From Candidatus Heimdallarchaeum aukensis (GTDB lineage: Archaea > Asgardarchaeota > Heimdallarchaeia > Heimdallarchaeales > Heimdallarchaeaceae), in the NCBI GenBank assembly GCA_021513695.1, contig CP084166.1, forward strand, positions 864,001-928,000: DNA of 64,000 nucleotides, written 5' to 3'. The notes beneath the pieces are model-generated. The model was not told the origin of the DNA. It was given only the letters and a program-made list of their open reading frames with translations, and made no database searches. Shown here in pieces: positions 21,290 through 31,257 of the stretch; position 1 is the first letter of the stretch; each line of letters begins with the position of its first letter. A program made the translations under genes and the position numbers.

Positions 21290-22126
21290 CTAGTTTGAAA
21301 TATTTTTTGATTTTTAGCTTGCTTTTTTTTCATTATTAATTCATTCCTTTTTATTTTATGATTTTTCTGTTGCGATTTACTTGAATATTTAGAAACACTT
21401 CTTCTAAATCGTAATTTAGTAGCTGATTTTGCTCTCTGTCTAAATATCATCCATGAATTATCTTTTTGTTATCTTTTCCTACTCTATCAGTGGAATGGTA
21501 CAAACGATGAAATTTAAAGGTTTCAAAGTACTAACATCATCTAGGAATTATGAGACACTATTGAAGTATTTAACTCTTCGCTCAACGAGCAGCTATAATA
21601 TTCTGATTACTAGTGAATAGGTTGATTTAAGCATCTAGTTAAGGCACTTTTAGGAATGGTTTTTTTACATCTTTTCTCATTTCCAGTACCTCTTTTTGAA
21701 CATAGTTCGTTTCTTTTTTAGAGTAGATCACATAGTTATTACCAGAATCATATATAAACTAGACATTTTTTGAAGGAAGAAAATAACTGCAAAAAAGAAA
21801 CTCAAAGTTACATTCAGCCATTTTTTTAAATAAAATCACATTTCCCCAATATTCTAAAATCATTTTTACAACATTTTCAGGACTATGATACTTCATACAA
21901 TCACTTTAAAAAGATTTGAACTTGAATTTTTACAAAACTTAAAAAAATAGATTCATAACCGAATTTCAAGAGCTTCTGCAAAGATGCACTCTCATTAGCT
22001 ACATTTATTGTAAAGATGAAAGTAACTTAAAAACATTAACTATCATTTCTTTTTATTCCTACTATATGAATAAAACAATCAATTGTTAATAAGTAATATT
22101 TTTATTTTCTATCCTAATTTTAAATT

Positions 22127-24004
22127 GTGAGATATAAAGATCCATTTCTTATTCCAATAATGCAAATTAGTAAAAAAAAGAAATTAAGGAATGAGGAAAA
22201 GATACAATTAATAGAAAATATTTTTCAGAAAATAATAAAATTTACAGGAGAAAATAGAGAAATACGAAAAAAAATAGAAGAAATAAGAAAAATCATTGCT
22301 AAGAGCGGAATAGAAATTAATAAAGAAATCAACAATTTGAACAATTTAAACGATTTAAATAATTTAAATAATTTAAACAAGAAACTCAACTTTAGTTTAG
22401 ATGAAAGAAAATCAAATATTTTTATCACTCCTTATCATCTTTCACTAATCACAAGTATTTGCTCTACAGACCCTAAAAGCAATGGAGAGTTTAACACACC
22501 GTTCTATATAGCAGAATACTTGGCAGAAAGAGCAATAAAATACTATTTAACAGAAAACAAAGCAGAAGAAAAATCAGATAACAAAACAGAACAAAGTAAA
22601 CTACTTAGATTAAAGTTTGCAGATATAGCTAGTGGAACAGGAAACTTGATACTCGCTCTCTTATATAAATTAAAAGAAAGAATAAAAAAGGAAGAAGAGA
22701 TAGAAAATGAAGAATTAATAGAGTTTATCAGTAACAACATTTATTGTTACGATAATAACCAATTAGCACTAAAAATAAATGAGCTTAGACTATTCTTATT
22801 CATCAAATTTACTATGGAAGAAGCAGAATTAAGAAAAGTAAATTTTAAAACAATAAAAACAAATACTTTGGATAAAGAAAAAATAAAGAAAAACAATTAT
22901 TTTGATATTATTTTAATAAATCCACCTTTCAAAACTTATGGATTAAGAAATGGGCAAAAGTATAGCCAAGAATTAAAGAACTATTTAAGAAAAGAATATA
23001 AGACCGCAGAGTATAAACTTCCACTTTATCCACTATTCATGGAAAGAGCAATAGAATTGTTAAGAAAAAGAGGAGTTCTTGGAGTAGTTAGCCCAGATAG
23101 TTTTTTGTTAGGTAAATATTACTCAAAAATAAGAAGTTATATTCTCAACAATACTACAATTAAAGAAATAACACTATTAGACTATGAACCCTTTGAAAAA
23201 GTAACACTAGGAAGAACAGCGCTAAGTTTCTATATGAAAAAAAATGAAAAAGAAAAAAAACAGAATCAAATAATCACGAAAAAAATAAGCAATTACCAAA
23301 CTTTCACTCACAAAAATGAGATTGATAAGAAGTACTTGAACAATGAAAAAAAATTCCTAAAAAATGATCTAAATAGATTTTTTCTGTTCTTTAATGAGAA
23401 AGAAGAAAAGATAGTAGAGAAATGGATTGAAAAAGCAGATTGTAAACTAGAAGATCTGGTAACAATCCACACAGGAATAAGAAGTAAAATAGGCCAAAAA
23501 AAGATCATTAGCTTAAAAAAACATGATGAAAATTGGAAAAAAGGAATATTATCAGGAAAACAAATAAAACCTTTTTATTTAGAATACAAAGGACATTGGA
23601 TAAATGTTGATCCAACTATATTATGGGCAGGAGGTTATAATGAGGAGATAATAGAAAATCCTAAATTGTTAATAAGACAAACAGGAGATAAAATAATTGC
23701 ATGTGTAGATACTAATGGCTATTACCACTTGAATAATATTCACTCACTTTCTCCAAAAGACGAAACAGTTGACCTTTACTCCTTATCAGTTATCTTAAAT
23801 TCAAAAGAATTTAATCAAGTCTATAGAATTTTAAGTATGGAAAAAAAAAGAACATTTGCTCAAATAGACATAGATTTTTTCCTCAAAATGCCGATAATAT
23901 ACTTTTCAAAAGAAAAAAAAACACTTTATGAATTTTATCTAAAAGAAAGCACCAAACAGAAAAAAAGAATAGAAATAGAATCATATTTATTAGATAATAT
24001 TTAA
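22127..24004 (+). CDS. N6-adenine DNA methyltransferase (gamma-class, Eco57I/TaqI-like MTase domain plus C-terminal target-recognition region), apparently orphan
   Basis: Motif I FADIASGTGNLILALLYKL and motif IV DIILINPPF. About 350 aa of C-terminal non-catalytic sequence. No nuclease domain or neighbouring restriction gene was found. The N-terminal ~110 aa are low-complexity (NNLNNLNDLNNLNNLNKK). Confidence 0.7.
   Translation: MRYKDPFLIPIMQISKKKKLRNEEKIQLIENIFQKIIKFTGENREIRKKIEEIRKIIAKSGIEINKEINNLNNLNDLNNLNNLNKKLNFSLDERKSNIFITPYHLSLITSICSTDPKSNGEFNTPFYIAEYLAERAIKYYLTENKAEEKSDNKTEQSKLLRLKFADIASGTGNLILALLYKLKERIKKEEEIENEELIEFISNNIYCYDNNQLALKINELRLFLFIKFTMEEAELRKVNFKTIKTNTLDKEKIKKNNYFDIILINPPFKTYGLRNGQKYSQELKNYLRKEYKTAEYKLPLYPLFMERAIELLRKRGVLGVVSPDSFLLGKYYSKIRSYILNNTTIKEITLLDYEPFEKVTLGRTALSFYMKKNEKEKKQNQIITKKISNYQTFTHKNEIDKKYLNNEKKFLKNDLNRFFLFFNEKEEKIVEKWIEKADCKLEDLVTIHTGIRSKIGQKKIISLKKHDENWKKGILSGKQIKPFYLEYKGHWINVDPTILWAGGYNEEIIENPKLLIRQTGDKIIACVDTNGYYHLNNIHSLSPKDETVDLYSLSVILNSKEFNQVYRILSMEKKRTFAQIDIDFFLKMPIIYFSKEKKTLYEFYLKESTKQKKRIEIESYLLDNI
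22331..22380. repeat. 9-bp tandem repeat (aatttaaac-like, ~5 copies) encoding an (N-L-N)n tract in the MTase N-terminus
   Basis: caatttgaacaatttaaacgatttaaataatttaaataatttaaac, read directly from the sequence. Confidence 0.6.
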
Positions 24005-24327
24005 TAAATAATTGAATTAAATTAAATTATAATAATATTTTAACTTTGAATTTATTAAAACTAAAGCCTATTACTCTTTATAATATCAAGGTTTGGTATA
24101 AAAAACTGAACTTAGTACATTAATATTCTTTTCTTACAGTATTTCAAGAATCAAAAATAATTATTATCACTTTAAAAGAAGTGATATTCAAGTAAGTATA
24201 ATTACCAATAAATATTTCCTAAAAATAAATAAAGAAAAAAAGTAAGAGGAGAAAGTGAAGAAAGTGTTTAAGAACAAAGTCTAGAACTAAATAAGCATGA
24301 ATAGTAAAAAATGATTAAAAGTTAACA

Positions 24328-25395
24328 TTATATTTTTTCGTTGCTAAAATCTTTATTTTTTTTCAAGTATTCTTTAGTTTCGATATTCTTTAACCACCAC
24401 TCATTTTCTAAATACCACTCTATTGTTAGTTGAATACCTTCTTCAAAATCGATTGTTGGAAACCAGTTCAGTTCATTTTTTATCTTTGAAATATCGATCG
24501 CATATCTTCTATCATGCCCTAATCTGTCTTTAACGTGTTTAATTAAAGTTTCATTAATTTTAGTGTCTTTTGTTTTCTCATATAAATAAGAAATTATTTT
24601 TTTTACAACATATATATTCTTTCTCTCATTTTGAGCTCCAATATTATATATCTCACCTATCCTTCCTTTTTCAAAAACCAAGTCGATTGCTCTACAATGA
24701 TCAGTGACAAATATCCAATCTCTTACTTGATTTCCATCTCCATATATAGGTAGATTCTTATGGTTCAATGCATTTTGTATCATTAATGGAATTAATTTTT
24801 CGGGGAATTGGAAGGGTCCGTAGTTATTAGAACATCTAGTAATATTTACTGGCATCCTATATGTATCAAAGTACGCTTTTACTATCAAATCTGCAGATGC
24901 CTTACTTGCAGAATAAGGACTATGCGGATCAAGAGGAGTTTTTTCTGTAAAAGCACCTGTAGGACCTAGAGAACCATATACTTCATCTGTTGATATTTGC
25001 AAGAATTTCTTATTTGCAATCCATTCTTCATTGTGATACCAATTTTTTTTACATATTTCAAGAAGTGAATATGTGCCTAAAATATTTGTTTGAAGAAATA
25101 TTTGTGGATTAGCAATAGATCTATCAACATGGGATTCTGCAGCGAAATTAATAACTCCATCTATATCTTTATAGGTTTCAAATATTTTCCTTAATAACTC
25201 AAAATTATTAATATCTCCTTTAATAAAAATAAACCTTGACTTTTGATCTTCAGTTAAATTTTTCCAATTTTCAACGTTACCAGCATAAGTAAGTTTGTCG
25301 ATACCAATTATTTCTCTATCAGGATATCTATCAAGATAATAATAAAGAAAATTACTTCCAATAAATCCTGCAACGCCAGTTACTAATATTTTCAT
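24328..25395 (-). CDS. rfbB: dTDP-glucose 4,6-dehydratase
   Basis: MKILVTGVAGFIGSNF Rossmann start and YSASKASADLIVKAY (YxxxK) block. The length fits RmlB, and it is the last gene of the rfbA-C-D-B run. Confidence 0.9.
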   Translation of the reverse strand: MKILVTGVAGFIGSNFLYYYLDRYPDREIIGIDKLTYAGNVENWKNLTEDQKSRFIFIKGDINNFELLRKIFETYKDIDGVINFAAESHVDRSIANPQIFLQTNILGTYSLLEICKKNWYHNEEWIANKKFLQISTDEVYGSLGPTGAFTEKTPLDPHSPYSASKASADLIVKAYFDTYRMPVNITRCSNNYGPFQFPEKLIPLMIQNALNHKNLPIYGDGNQVRDWIFVTDHCRAIDLVFEKGRIGEIYNIGAQNERKNIYVVKKIISYLYEKTKDTKINETLIKHVKDRLGHDRRYAIDISKIKNELNWFPTIDFEEGIQLTIEWYLENEWWLKNIETKEYLKKNKDFSNEKI

Positions 25396-25418
25396 TCCTA
25401 ATACTTCCTCTATGTTTT

Positions 25419-26267
25419 TTATTTGATCAATTCAATTTCCTCTAAAAATTTGATAGTAGCATCTTGCCAAGAAGGTAGTTTGTATCCAATTACTTCTTCT
25501 AAACCAAATGGGTCTAAAACTGATAAGAAAGGTCTTTTAGCAGGTGTATTAAACTCATGAGAGAGAGCAGGAAGAAGCTCTCCTTCCCACTCTATTTTAT
25601 TTAATATATATTCAGCCCATTGATATCGTGAACAATATCCAGAATTTGTCATATGATACAACCCATAATTTTCTGTTTTTATCAAGTTGTAAGTTGCATC
25701 TACAATATCGTTTGTATAACTTGGTGATGATATCTGATCAATAACGATTCTTATTTTTTTTCTATTTCTACTCCATTTTATAGTTTTAGTTATAAAGTTT
25801 TCATTACCTTTCCCAAAGACCCAGCTTAACCTTACTAAAAAAAACCTATTAGCGATATTTTGTACATTCTTTTCACCCAGCACTTTACTTTCTCCGTATT
25901 TTGAAATGGGAGATGGTTTATCATAAATTGTATAGGGATAACCTTTACATCCATCAAAAACATAGTCAGTAGAGTAATGGACAAGTATAGCATCTAATTC
26001 ATTCGCAAGTAAAGCTAAGTTTTTTGGACCAAGCCCATTGATTCGATAAGCAGATTGCCAGTCATTTTCAGCATTGTCTACTGCATTATAGGCAGCACAA
26101 TTAATAATTATATCAATATCTTTATTTGAAACATATTCCCGTAATTTTTTAAAATTTGTAATATCTAATTCGACATCAGTAGCAAAAAAACTAATTCCCT
26201 TTTTTAAAAAAAAGGTTTGGAATGATTGACCTAATTGTCCTTTTGATCCTGTAATTAATATTCCCAT
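25419..26267 (-). CDS. rfbD: dTDP-4-dehydrorhamnose reductase
   Basis: MGILITGSKGQLGQSF N-terminus, about 280 aa, sits between rfbC and rfbB. Confidence 0.85.
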   Translation of the reverse strand: MGILITGSKGQLGQSFQTFFLKKGISFFATDVELDITNFKKLREYVSNKDIDIIINCAAYNAVDNAENDWQSAYRINGLGPKNLALLANELDAILVHYSTDYVFDGCKGYPYTIYDKPSPISKYGESKVLGEKNVQNIANRFFLVRLSWVFGKGNENFITKTIKWSRNRKKIRIVIDQISSPSYTNDIVDATYNLIKTENYGLYHMTNSGYCSRYQWAEYILNKIEWEGELLPALSHEFNTPAKRPFLSVLDPFGLEEVIGYKLPSWQDATIKFLEEIELIK

Positions 26268-26414
26268 ATAATCACCATTAAATTTTCATAAATATATCTT
26301 TTATGTGATTCAAATTTGAAATACTATAAAGCAACTCCTACGAACTAATTTCTTAATTAATGCATATATTATTCTCTTTCTTACATACCTTTTTAGCTTA
26401 ACTTCTTAATTAAA

Positions 26415-26996
26415 TCACTTTTCGTATTTAAAAGGTAATTCAATATCTTTCAAAAATGGTAATTTAGAATCTTTCTCTGAAATAATTAATCTTGAATCTT
26501 CAATCTTGTCTAAAGGCCATTTAATGTTTATATCTGGATCATTCCACCTGATTCCTCTATCATATGCTGAATAATAATAATCAGTTGTTTTGTAAACAAA
26601 TTCAGTCTCTTCAAGGGCAAGAAATCCATGAGCAAAACCTTTAGGAATATAAAACATGCGTTTGTTTTTTTCAGAAAGTTCTACACCATAATACTGACCA
26701 AAACTGGGAGAACCTACTCTTATATCAACAGCAACATCAAACACTCTTCCTTTGATTACACGTACTAATTTTCCTTGAGAGTGCTTAGATTGAAAATGTA
26801 ATCCTCGTAGAACTCCTTTTGAAGATTTAGAGTGGTTATCTTGTACAAAATCCACGTTTAATCCAATTTTGTTAAATTCCTTTTTATTATAAGTTTCCAT
26901 AAAAAATCCTCTTTCATCGTAAAAAATTACTGGTTCAATAATAAATGCCCCTTCCAATATTGTTTCAATTTTATTAAATTTTAACATATAAATCAC
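26415..26996 (-). CDS. rfbC: dTDP-4-dehydrorhamnose 3,5-epimerase
   Basis: Cupin with the RGLHFQ block and KLVRVIKGRVFDVAVDIR. 193 aa. Confidence 0.9.
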   Translation of the reverse strand: MIYMLKFNKIETILEGAFIIEPVIFYDERGFFMETYNKKEFNKIGLNVDFVQDNHSKSSKGVLRGLHFQSKHSQGKLVRVIKGRVFDVAVDIRVGSPSFGQYYGVELSEKNKRMFYIPKGFAHGFLALEETEFVYKTTDYYYSAYDRGIRWNDPDINIKWPLDKIEDSRLIISEKDSKLPFLKDIELPFKYEK

Positions 26997-27143
26997 CGTA
27001 AATCTTTACTATAATTTTTGGATTAGTTTATCTCATAATCATGTTTATTTTTTGTCACTGTTGTACTATTGAAATGAAATTAATTTTATTCTATTAAATC
27101 TATTGAATTACATTATACTTTGTAATATGTAGATGAAAAATTT

Positions 27144-28007
27144 TTAAATAAGACTTAATAAATACCTTCCATAATCAGAATTTGAGTGCTCTTTTGCTAA
27201 ATTTTTAAGTTGATCGGTGTCAATATATCCAAGTCTGAATGCAATTTCTTCTAAACAAGCAATATAATATCCTTGCCTTTTTTGAATAGCTGCAACAAAA
27301 TTACTAGCTTCTATTAAACCATCAAATGTTCCAGTATCAAACCAAGCTAATCCACGTCCTAATAATTTGACTTTCAACTTTCCTCTTTTTAAATATTCAA
27401 TATTAAGATCAGTAATTTCTAGCTCTCCTCTTGGAGATGGTTTAAGATTTTCTGCATATTTAATTACATTATTATCGTAGAAATATAAACCAGGTATAGC
27501 ATAATTTGATTTTGGAAAAGCTGGTTTCTCTTCTATGGAGATAACATCCATAGTTTCTTCATTGAATTCTACAACTCCAAAAGCGGTGGGATTATTTACA
27601 TAGTAACCAAAGATTAAGGCTCCTTCCTTTAAAGTAGTTGCTTTTCTTAAAATTGAAGAAAAACCTTGACCATAAAAGATATTATCACCTAAAATTAGTG
27701 CAACATTATCAGAACCAATAAATTCTTTACCAACAATGAAAGCATCAGCTAACCCTCTTGGTTTTTCTTGAATTTTATATGAAAACTGAACACCAAGTTG
27801 AGAACCATCTTTTAATAAATTCTTGTAGTCTATAATATCTCTTGCTGTTGAGATAATTAAAATATCTTTTATCCCAGCAAGAAGAAGTGAAGAAAGTGAG
27901 TAATAAATCATAGGTTTATCATAAACTGGTAGAATTTGTTTTGAAATTGCTTTTGTTATGGGATATAATCTTGTTCCTGTTCCTCCAGCCAATACAATTC
28001 CTTTCAT
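27144..28007 (-). CDS. rfbA: Glucose-1-phosphate thymidylyltransferase
   Basis: [36 protein letters not shown] is the canonical RmlA N-terminus. Confidence 0.9.
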   Translation of the reverse strand: MKGIVLAGGTGTRLYPITKAISKQILPVYDKPMIYYSLSSLLLAGIKDILIISTARDIIDYKNLLKDGSQLGVQFSYKIQEKPRGLADAFIVGKEFIGSDNVALILGDNIFYGQGFSSILRKATTLKEGALIFGYYVNNPTAFGVVEFNEETMDVISIEEKPAFPKSNYAIPGLYFYDNNVIKYAENLKPSPRGELEITDLNIEYLKRGKLKVKLLGRGLAWFDTGTFDGLIEASNFVAAIQKRQGYYIACLEEIAFRLGYIDTDQLKNLAKEHSNSDYGRYLLSLI

Positions 28008-28340
28008 TTTCTATTATAAGAAGAAAAACTCTATTCTATAAAATTTTCGTAATCATAAATCATTGTGAAATCATGAATTAATATTCTAAGGAAATACACT
28101 TCACATTTTTTTATTTTGTATTTATAAACCTAGTAAACATATTATCTATTAAGAGAAAAAAATGGAATACTAAAACATTATTAGAAACTATAATCTATTA
28201 ATGTTAGATTTGCTCGCTAACTAAAAAAATCATTGCTTATTCCTAAACAATAAAAAGAACAACTAGAAAAATAAGTATCAAAGCATTATGTTTTAAAATT
28301 TTATGTATAATACTATTTCACGTATCATGATAAGCATAAA

Positions 28341-28500
28341 CTTGGTCTAACCTACTGTAACTCCGATCTTTTTTCAACCTCTCTTACTACAATTTTAGCC
28401 TTGCTCACCAGTCTATTAACTTCCTAACTTTGGAAAATAATTTATGAACCAACCCTAAGTTTTTGACATTCAAAAGTGTAACCCCCTATAGAGAGTGAAT
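28341..28500. repeat. Intergenic repeated element, copy A (intact); a homologous copy at 43246-43317 plus 44081-44200 is split by the IS6-like insertion
   Basis: Shared core cttggtctaacctactgtaactc[c/a]gatct...tttt...cctctcttactacaatttt. The downstream cttcctaac...aataatttat...caaaagt[gt]taaccc blocks align by eye between the two loci. Confidence 0.5.
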
Positions 28501-28773
28501 ATAAGAAATAAAAGCAAAAATCAATAAAAATTTTCTTATAGGTATTGTTTCTTTTTCTAAATTACACTTCTGAATCAGAAGCTGAAGTTGTATCAGAATA
28601 ACTGTTTAAATACAAATATGATGTTACAGACTTCATAAATTGTATTTCTTGGAGTTACATCAACTTATATAATAAAATCATAATACATAGTTTAACAAAG
28701 CTGGTGACTGATAACTTATTTTAGTAAAATGTATTCTTATTTTTCATATCAATTGTTGAAAATTTTATTATTT

Positions 28774-29658
28774 TTATTCATCAAATGAATACCAATTATG
28801 TAAATCAATCTCAAATAATTTTTCGAATTTAATAATATCATCTAAAAAGTATTCATTAATTAGTTTTTCTTTTAATTCAACATTTATTTTTTTCTTGTCA
28901 AGTGGTTTTTTATTAAAGTTCATCAGTAATTTAGATAGTTTGTATCTAAAAGTTTCATCCGGAATAATACATCTGATTATTTTTTTAGCAAAATTATCTT
29001 TGTATATAAAATCTCGTATAAATTTGTTCTTTGATTCATAAGCTTCATTCTTTAAAATGTTTAAATTAAGGTCGTATTTTGGAATATCAAGAAAAGAAAA
29101 TAATTTATCGATCATCTTTTTAATGTTTAAACATAAATCGTATTCAAAATTAAAAATTATAAAATTCTTCTTATGGAAAAAATCTAGATATTTTTGAATG
29201 TTTAGATAATACATTCCTTTTTCAAGATAATTATATCTTTGATAATAGGGATGATTTGCATTTAATTCTTTTATCTCCCTTTGGATAGCTTCTTCAAAAG
29301 TTAATTTTTCATAACCTCGTCGAACATTCATTAAATAGTGAGAATATGCTCGTTCCACAGGATCTCTTACAATTAAGATAAATTTTACACCATTTCCAAA
29401 AGCATTATAGATTCTTTTTGGTACTTGCTTATAGTACAAATATTCAGGTGCTACTTCACCTAAATAGGAACTTTCATCACATTTAAAGAACGTTGAGAAA
29501 TACCAATCTAAACCTTTCTTGAACTTTCTGTCTAAATCAAAGAATCTAGTTTCTTTGATATCAGGAAGACATAACTTTGGATGCTGTTTTAGAATAGAAT
29601 GAATTGTTGTTGTTCCTGCTTTTTGAGCACCTATACAGAAGAAAGATACCTTTGGCAT
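28774..29658 (-). CDS. PAPS-dependent sulfotransferase
   Basis: FFCIGAQKAGTTTIHSIL (5-prime PSB) and ILIVRDPVERAYSHY (3-prime PB). Confidence 0.7.
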   Translation of the reverse strand: MPKVSFFCIGAQKAGTTTIHSILKQHPKLCLPDIKETRFFDLDRKFKKGLDWYFSTFFKCDESSYLGEVAPEYLYYKQVPKRIYNAFGNGVKFILIVRDPVERAYSHYLMNVRRGYEKLTFEEAIQREIKELNANHPYYQRYNYLEKGMYYLNIQKYLDFFHKKNFIIFNFEYDLCLNIKKMIDKLFSFLDIPKYDLNLNILKNEAYESKNKFIRDFIYKDNFAKKIIRCIIPDETFRYKLSKLLMNFNKKPLDKKKINVELKEKLINEYFLDDIIKFEKLFEIDLHNWYSFDE

Positions 29659-29841
29659 AAGTTATTATTGGATATTTATTTTTAAAATGTTATGTAATTT
29701 TAGCAATGTTATAATACCAACAATAGAAATGAAATAACAACAAATTGTCCTACAAATACAATTTAAATGCTTTTATGTCAAGATAATTCTTTTTTAATAT
29801 TACTGGAAAATGATATAAATAACAAAAAATATTGAATATAG
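29659..29841. promoter_or_regulatory. Divergent promoter region between the sulfotransferase (-) and GT2 (+)
   Basis: AT-rich 183-bp spacer between divergently oriented genes. No specific BRE/TATA element could be assigned with confidence. Confidence 0.25.
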
Positions 29842-30810
29842 ATGTATATTTCAAAGATATTTGAAAAAACAAATGGACAAATATTTAATATAAAAGTATC
29901 TATTCTCCTACTTAATTATAAAAACTCAGAAGATACAATAAGGTGCTTAAAAACTATAGAAGAACTTAATTATAAAAACTTTGAAGTATTAATATTCGAT
30001 AATGCATCTGAACAAGACCAAGTATTTTTATTGAAAAACTATCTTAAGAATATGAACAATCCAAAAAATATAAGATATTATTATTCAAAGTATAATTTAG
30101 GATTCAGTAAAGCCAATAATTATTTAGTAGAAAAATCCAATGGAGAGCTAATTTGGTTTTTAAATAATGACACAATTGTAGAAAAAAACTCATTGAAAGT
30201 TCTAGTTAAAATATATAAAAAATATCAAAATGCTGGAACAGTAAGTTGTACAATACCATTTATGCAAAAACCAGAAATTGTTTGGTCAGCAGGATGCATT
30301 TATTATAGGGGTATAAGCCTTGTTAGATCTATTGGAAAATTTCAAAGTATAAAAAAATGGTCTAAAAAAGATACTTTGTTAAAAGTAGATTTTAATACAG
30401 GATGTGCATTACTGATAAAAAGAACAATATTCGATAAAGTAGGAAGATTTAATGAAGAATATTTTGTTTATAATGAAGATCTTGAATTGGGGTTGAAAAT
30501 CAAAGAATTAGGATTAGATAACATTGTTTTACTTTGTCCTCTAGTTCTTCATGATGAATCAGCTTCCACCAAAGGAAAAAGAAGTAGTGAAAAAGAAAAA
30601 TGGTCATACACAAAAATCTATTTAATGCTTAAAACGCGATTAATTTTTTTAAGTAAAAATGGTTTAAGTATCAAAAATATTTTAATTTCTCTTTCTTTTT
30701 TGTTCATACACTTCTTTTTATTTTTTTATTATTCTAAAGAAAAAAATATATTGTGCTTAGGAAAAATATTTAGAAGAGCGATAAATGATTCACGATTATT
30801 TAAAACATAA
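29842..30810 (+). CDS. GT2 glycosyltransferase
   Basis: N-terminal GT-A block LLLNYKNSEDTIRCLKTIEELNYKNFEVLIFDNAS and downstream NEDLELGLK acidic motif. Confidence 0.75.
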   Translation: MYISKIFEKTNGQIFNIKVSILLLNYKNSEDTIRCLKTIEELNYKNFEVLIFDNASEQDQVFLLKNYLKNMNNPKNIRYYYSKYNLGFSKANNYLVEKSNGELIWFLNNDTIVEKNSLKVLVKIYKKYQNAGTVSCTIPFMQKPEIVWSAGCIYYRGISLVRSIGKFQSIKKWSKKDTLLKVDFNTGCALLIKRTIFDKVGRFNEEYFVYNEDLELGLKIKELGLDNIVLLCPLVLHDESASTKGKRSSEKEKWSYTKIYLMLKTRLIFLSKNGLSIKNILISLSFLFIHFFLFFYYSKEKNILCLGKIFRRAINDSRLFKT

Positions 30811-31257
30811 ATTTAATAATGTTCAGTAATAAAAAAAATATGGTAAAGGTATTATAAGTAGAAAAACCTTCAACTACTACTTTGAACAATTATAAAAAAC
30901 AAACACGAATAAAGAATTTTATTAGAAAGTGAATGTTAAGTTTGATATTCTCCCTCAAACCATAATAAAAACTAATATTTTCTTTGATACAATTTATTTC
31001 ATTCCTCAAGTAGTAAATGAAAATAAAAGAGCTAATAGTTATCCTTATATTGTAATCATTATTATGATTTATATAAAAACAAATAAAATTATCTAATGAA
31101 ACAGAACTTCATATTGTTTTAGTTAAGAATTAAAAAAGAAAAATTATTTAGAATAATCAGAAGATGAATATTCTAAAAACATTAATTACTTGTAACTTTA
31201 GAAAGTTTAATTGTATAGAGAAATTTTTATAAGCAGAAAAATATCAATTAAAATGCT

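Noticed and set aside
22300-22400. CRISPR-like periodic repeats
   Set aside because: The periodicity is 9 bp, in-frame and coding (the NLN tract). There are no spacers of 25-40 bp, and no cas genes anywhere in the window.
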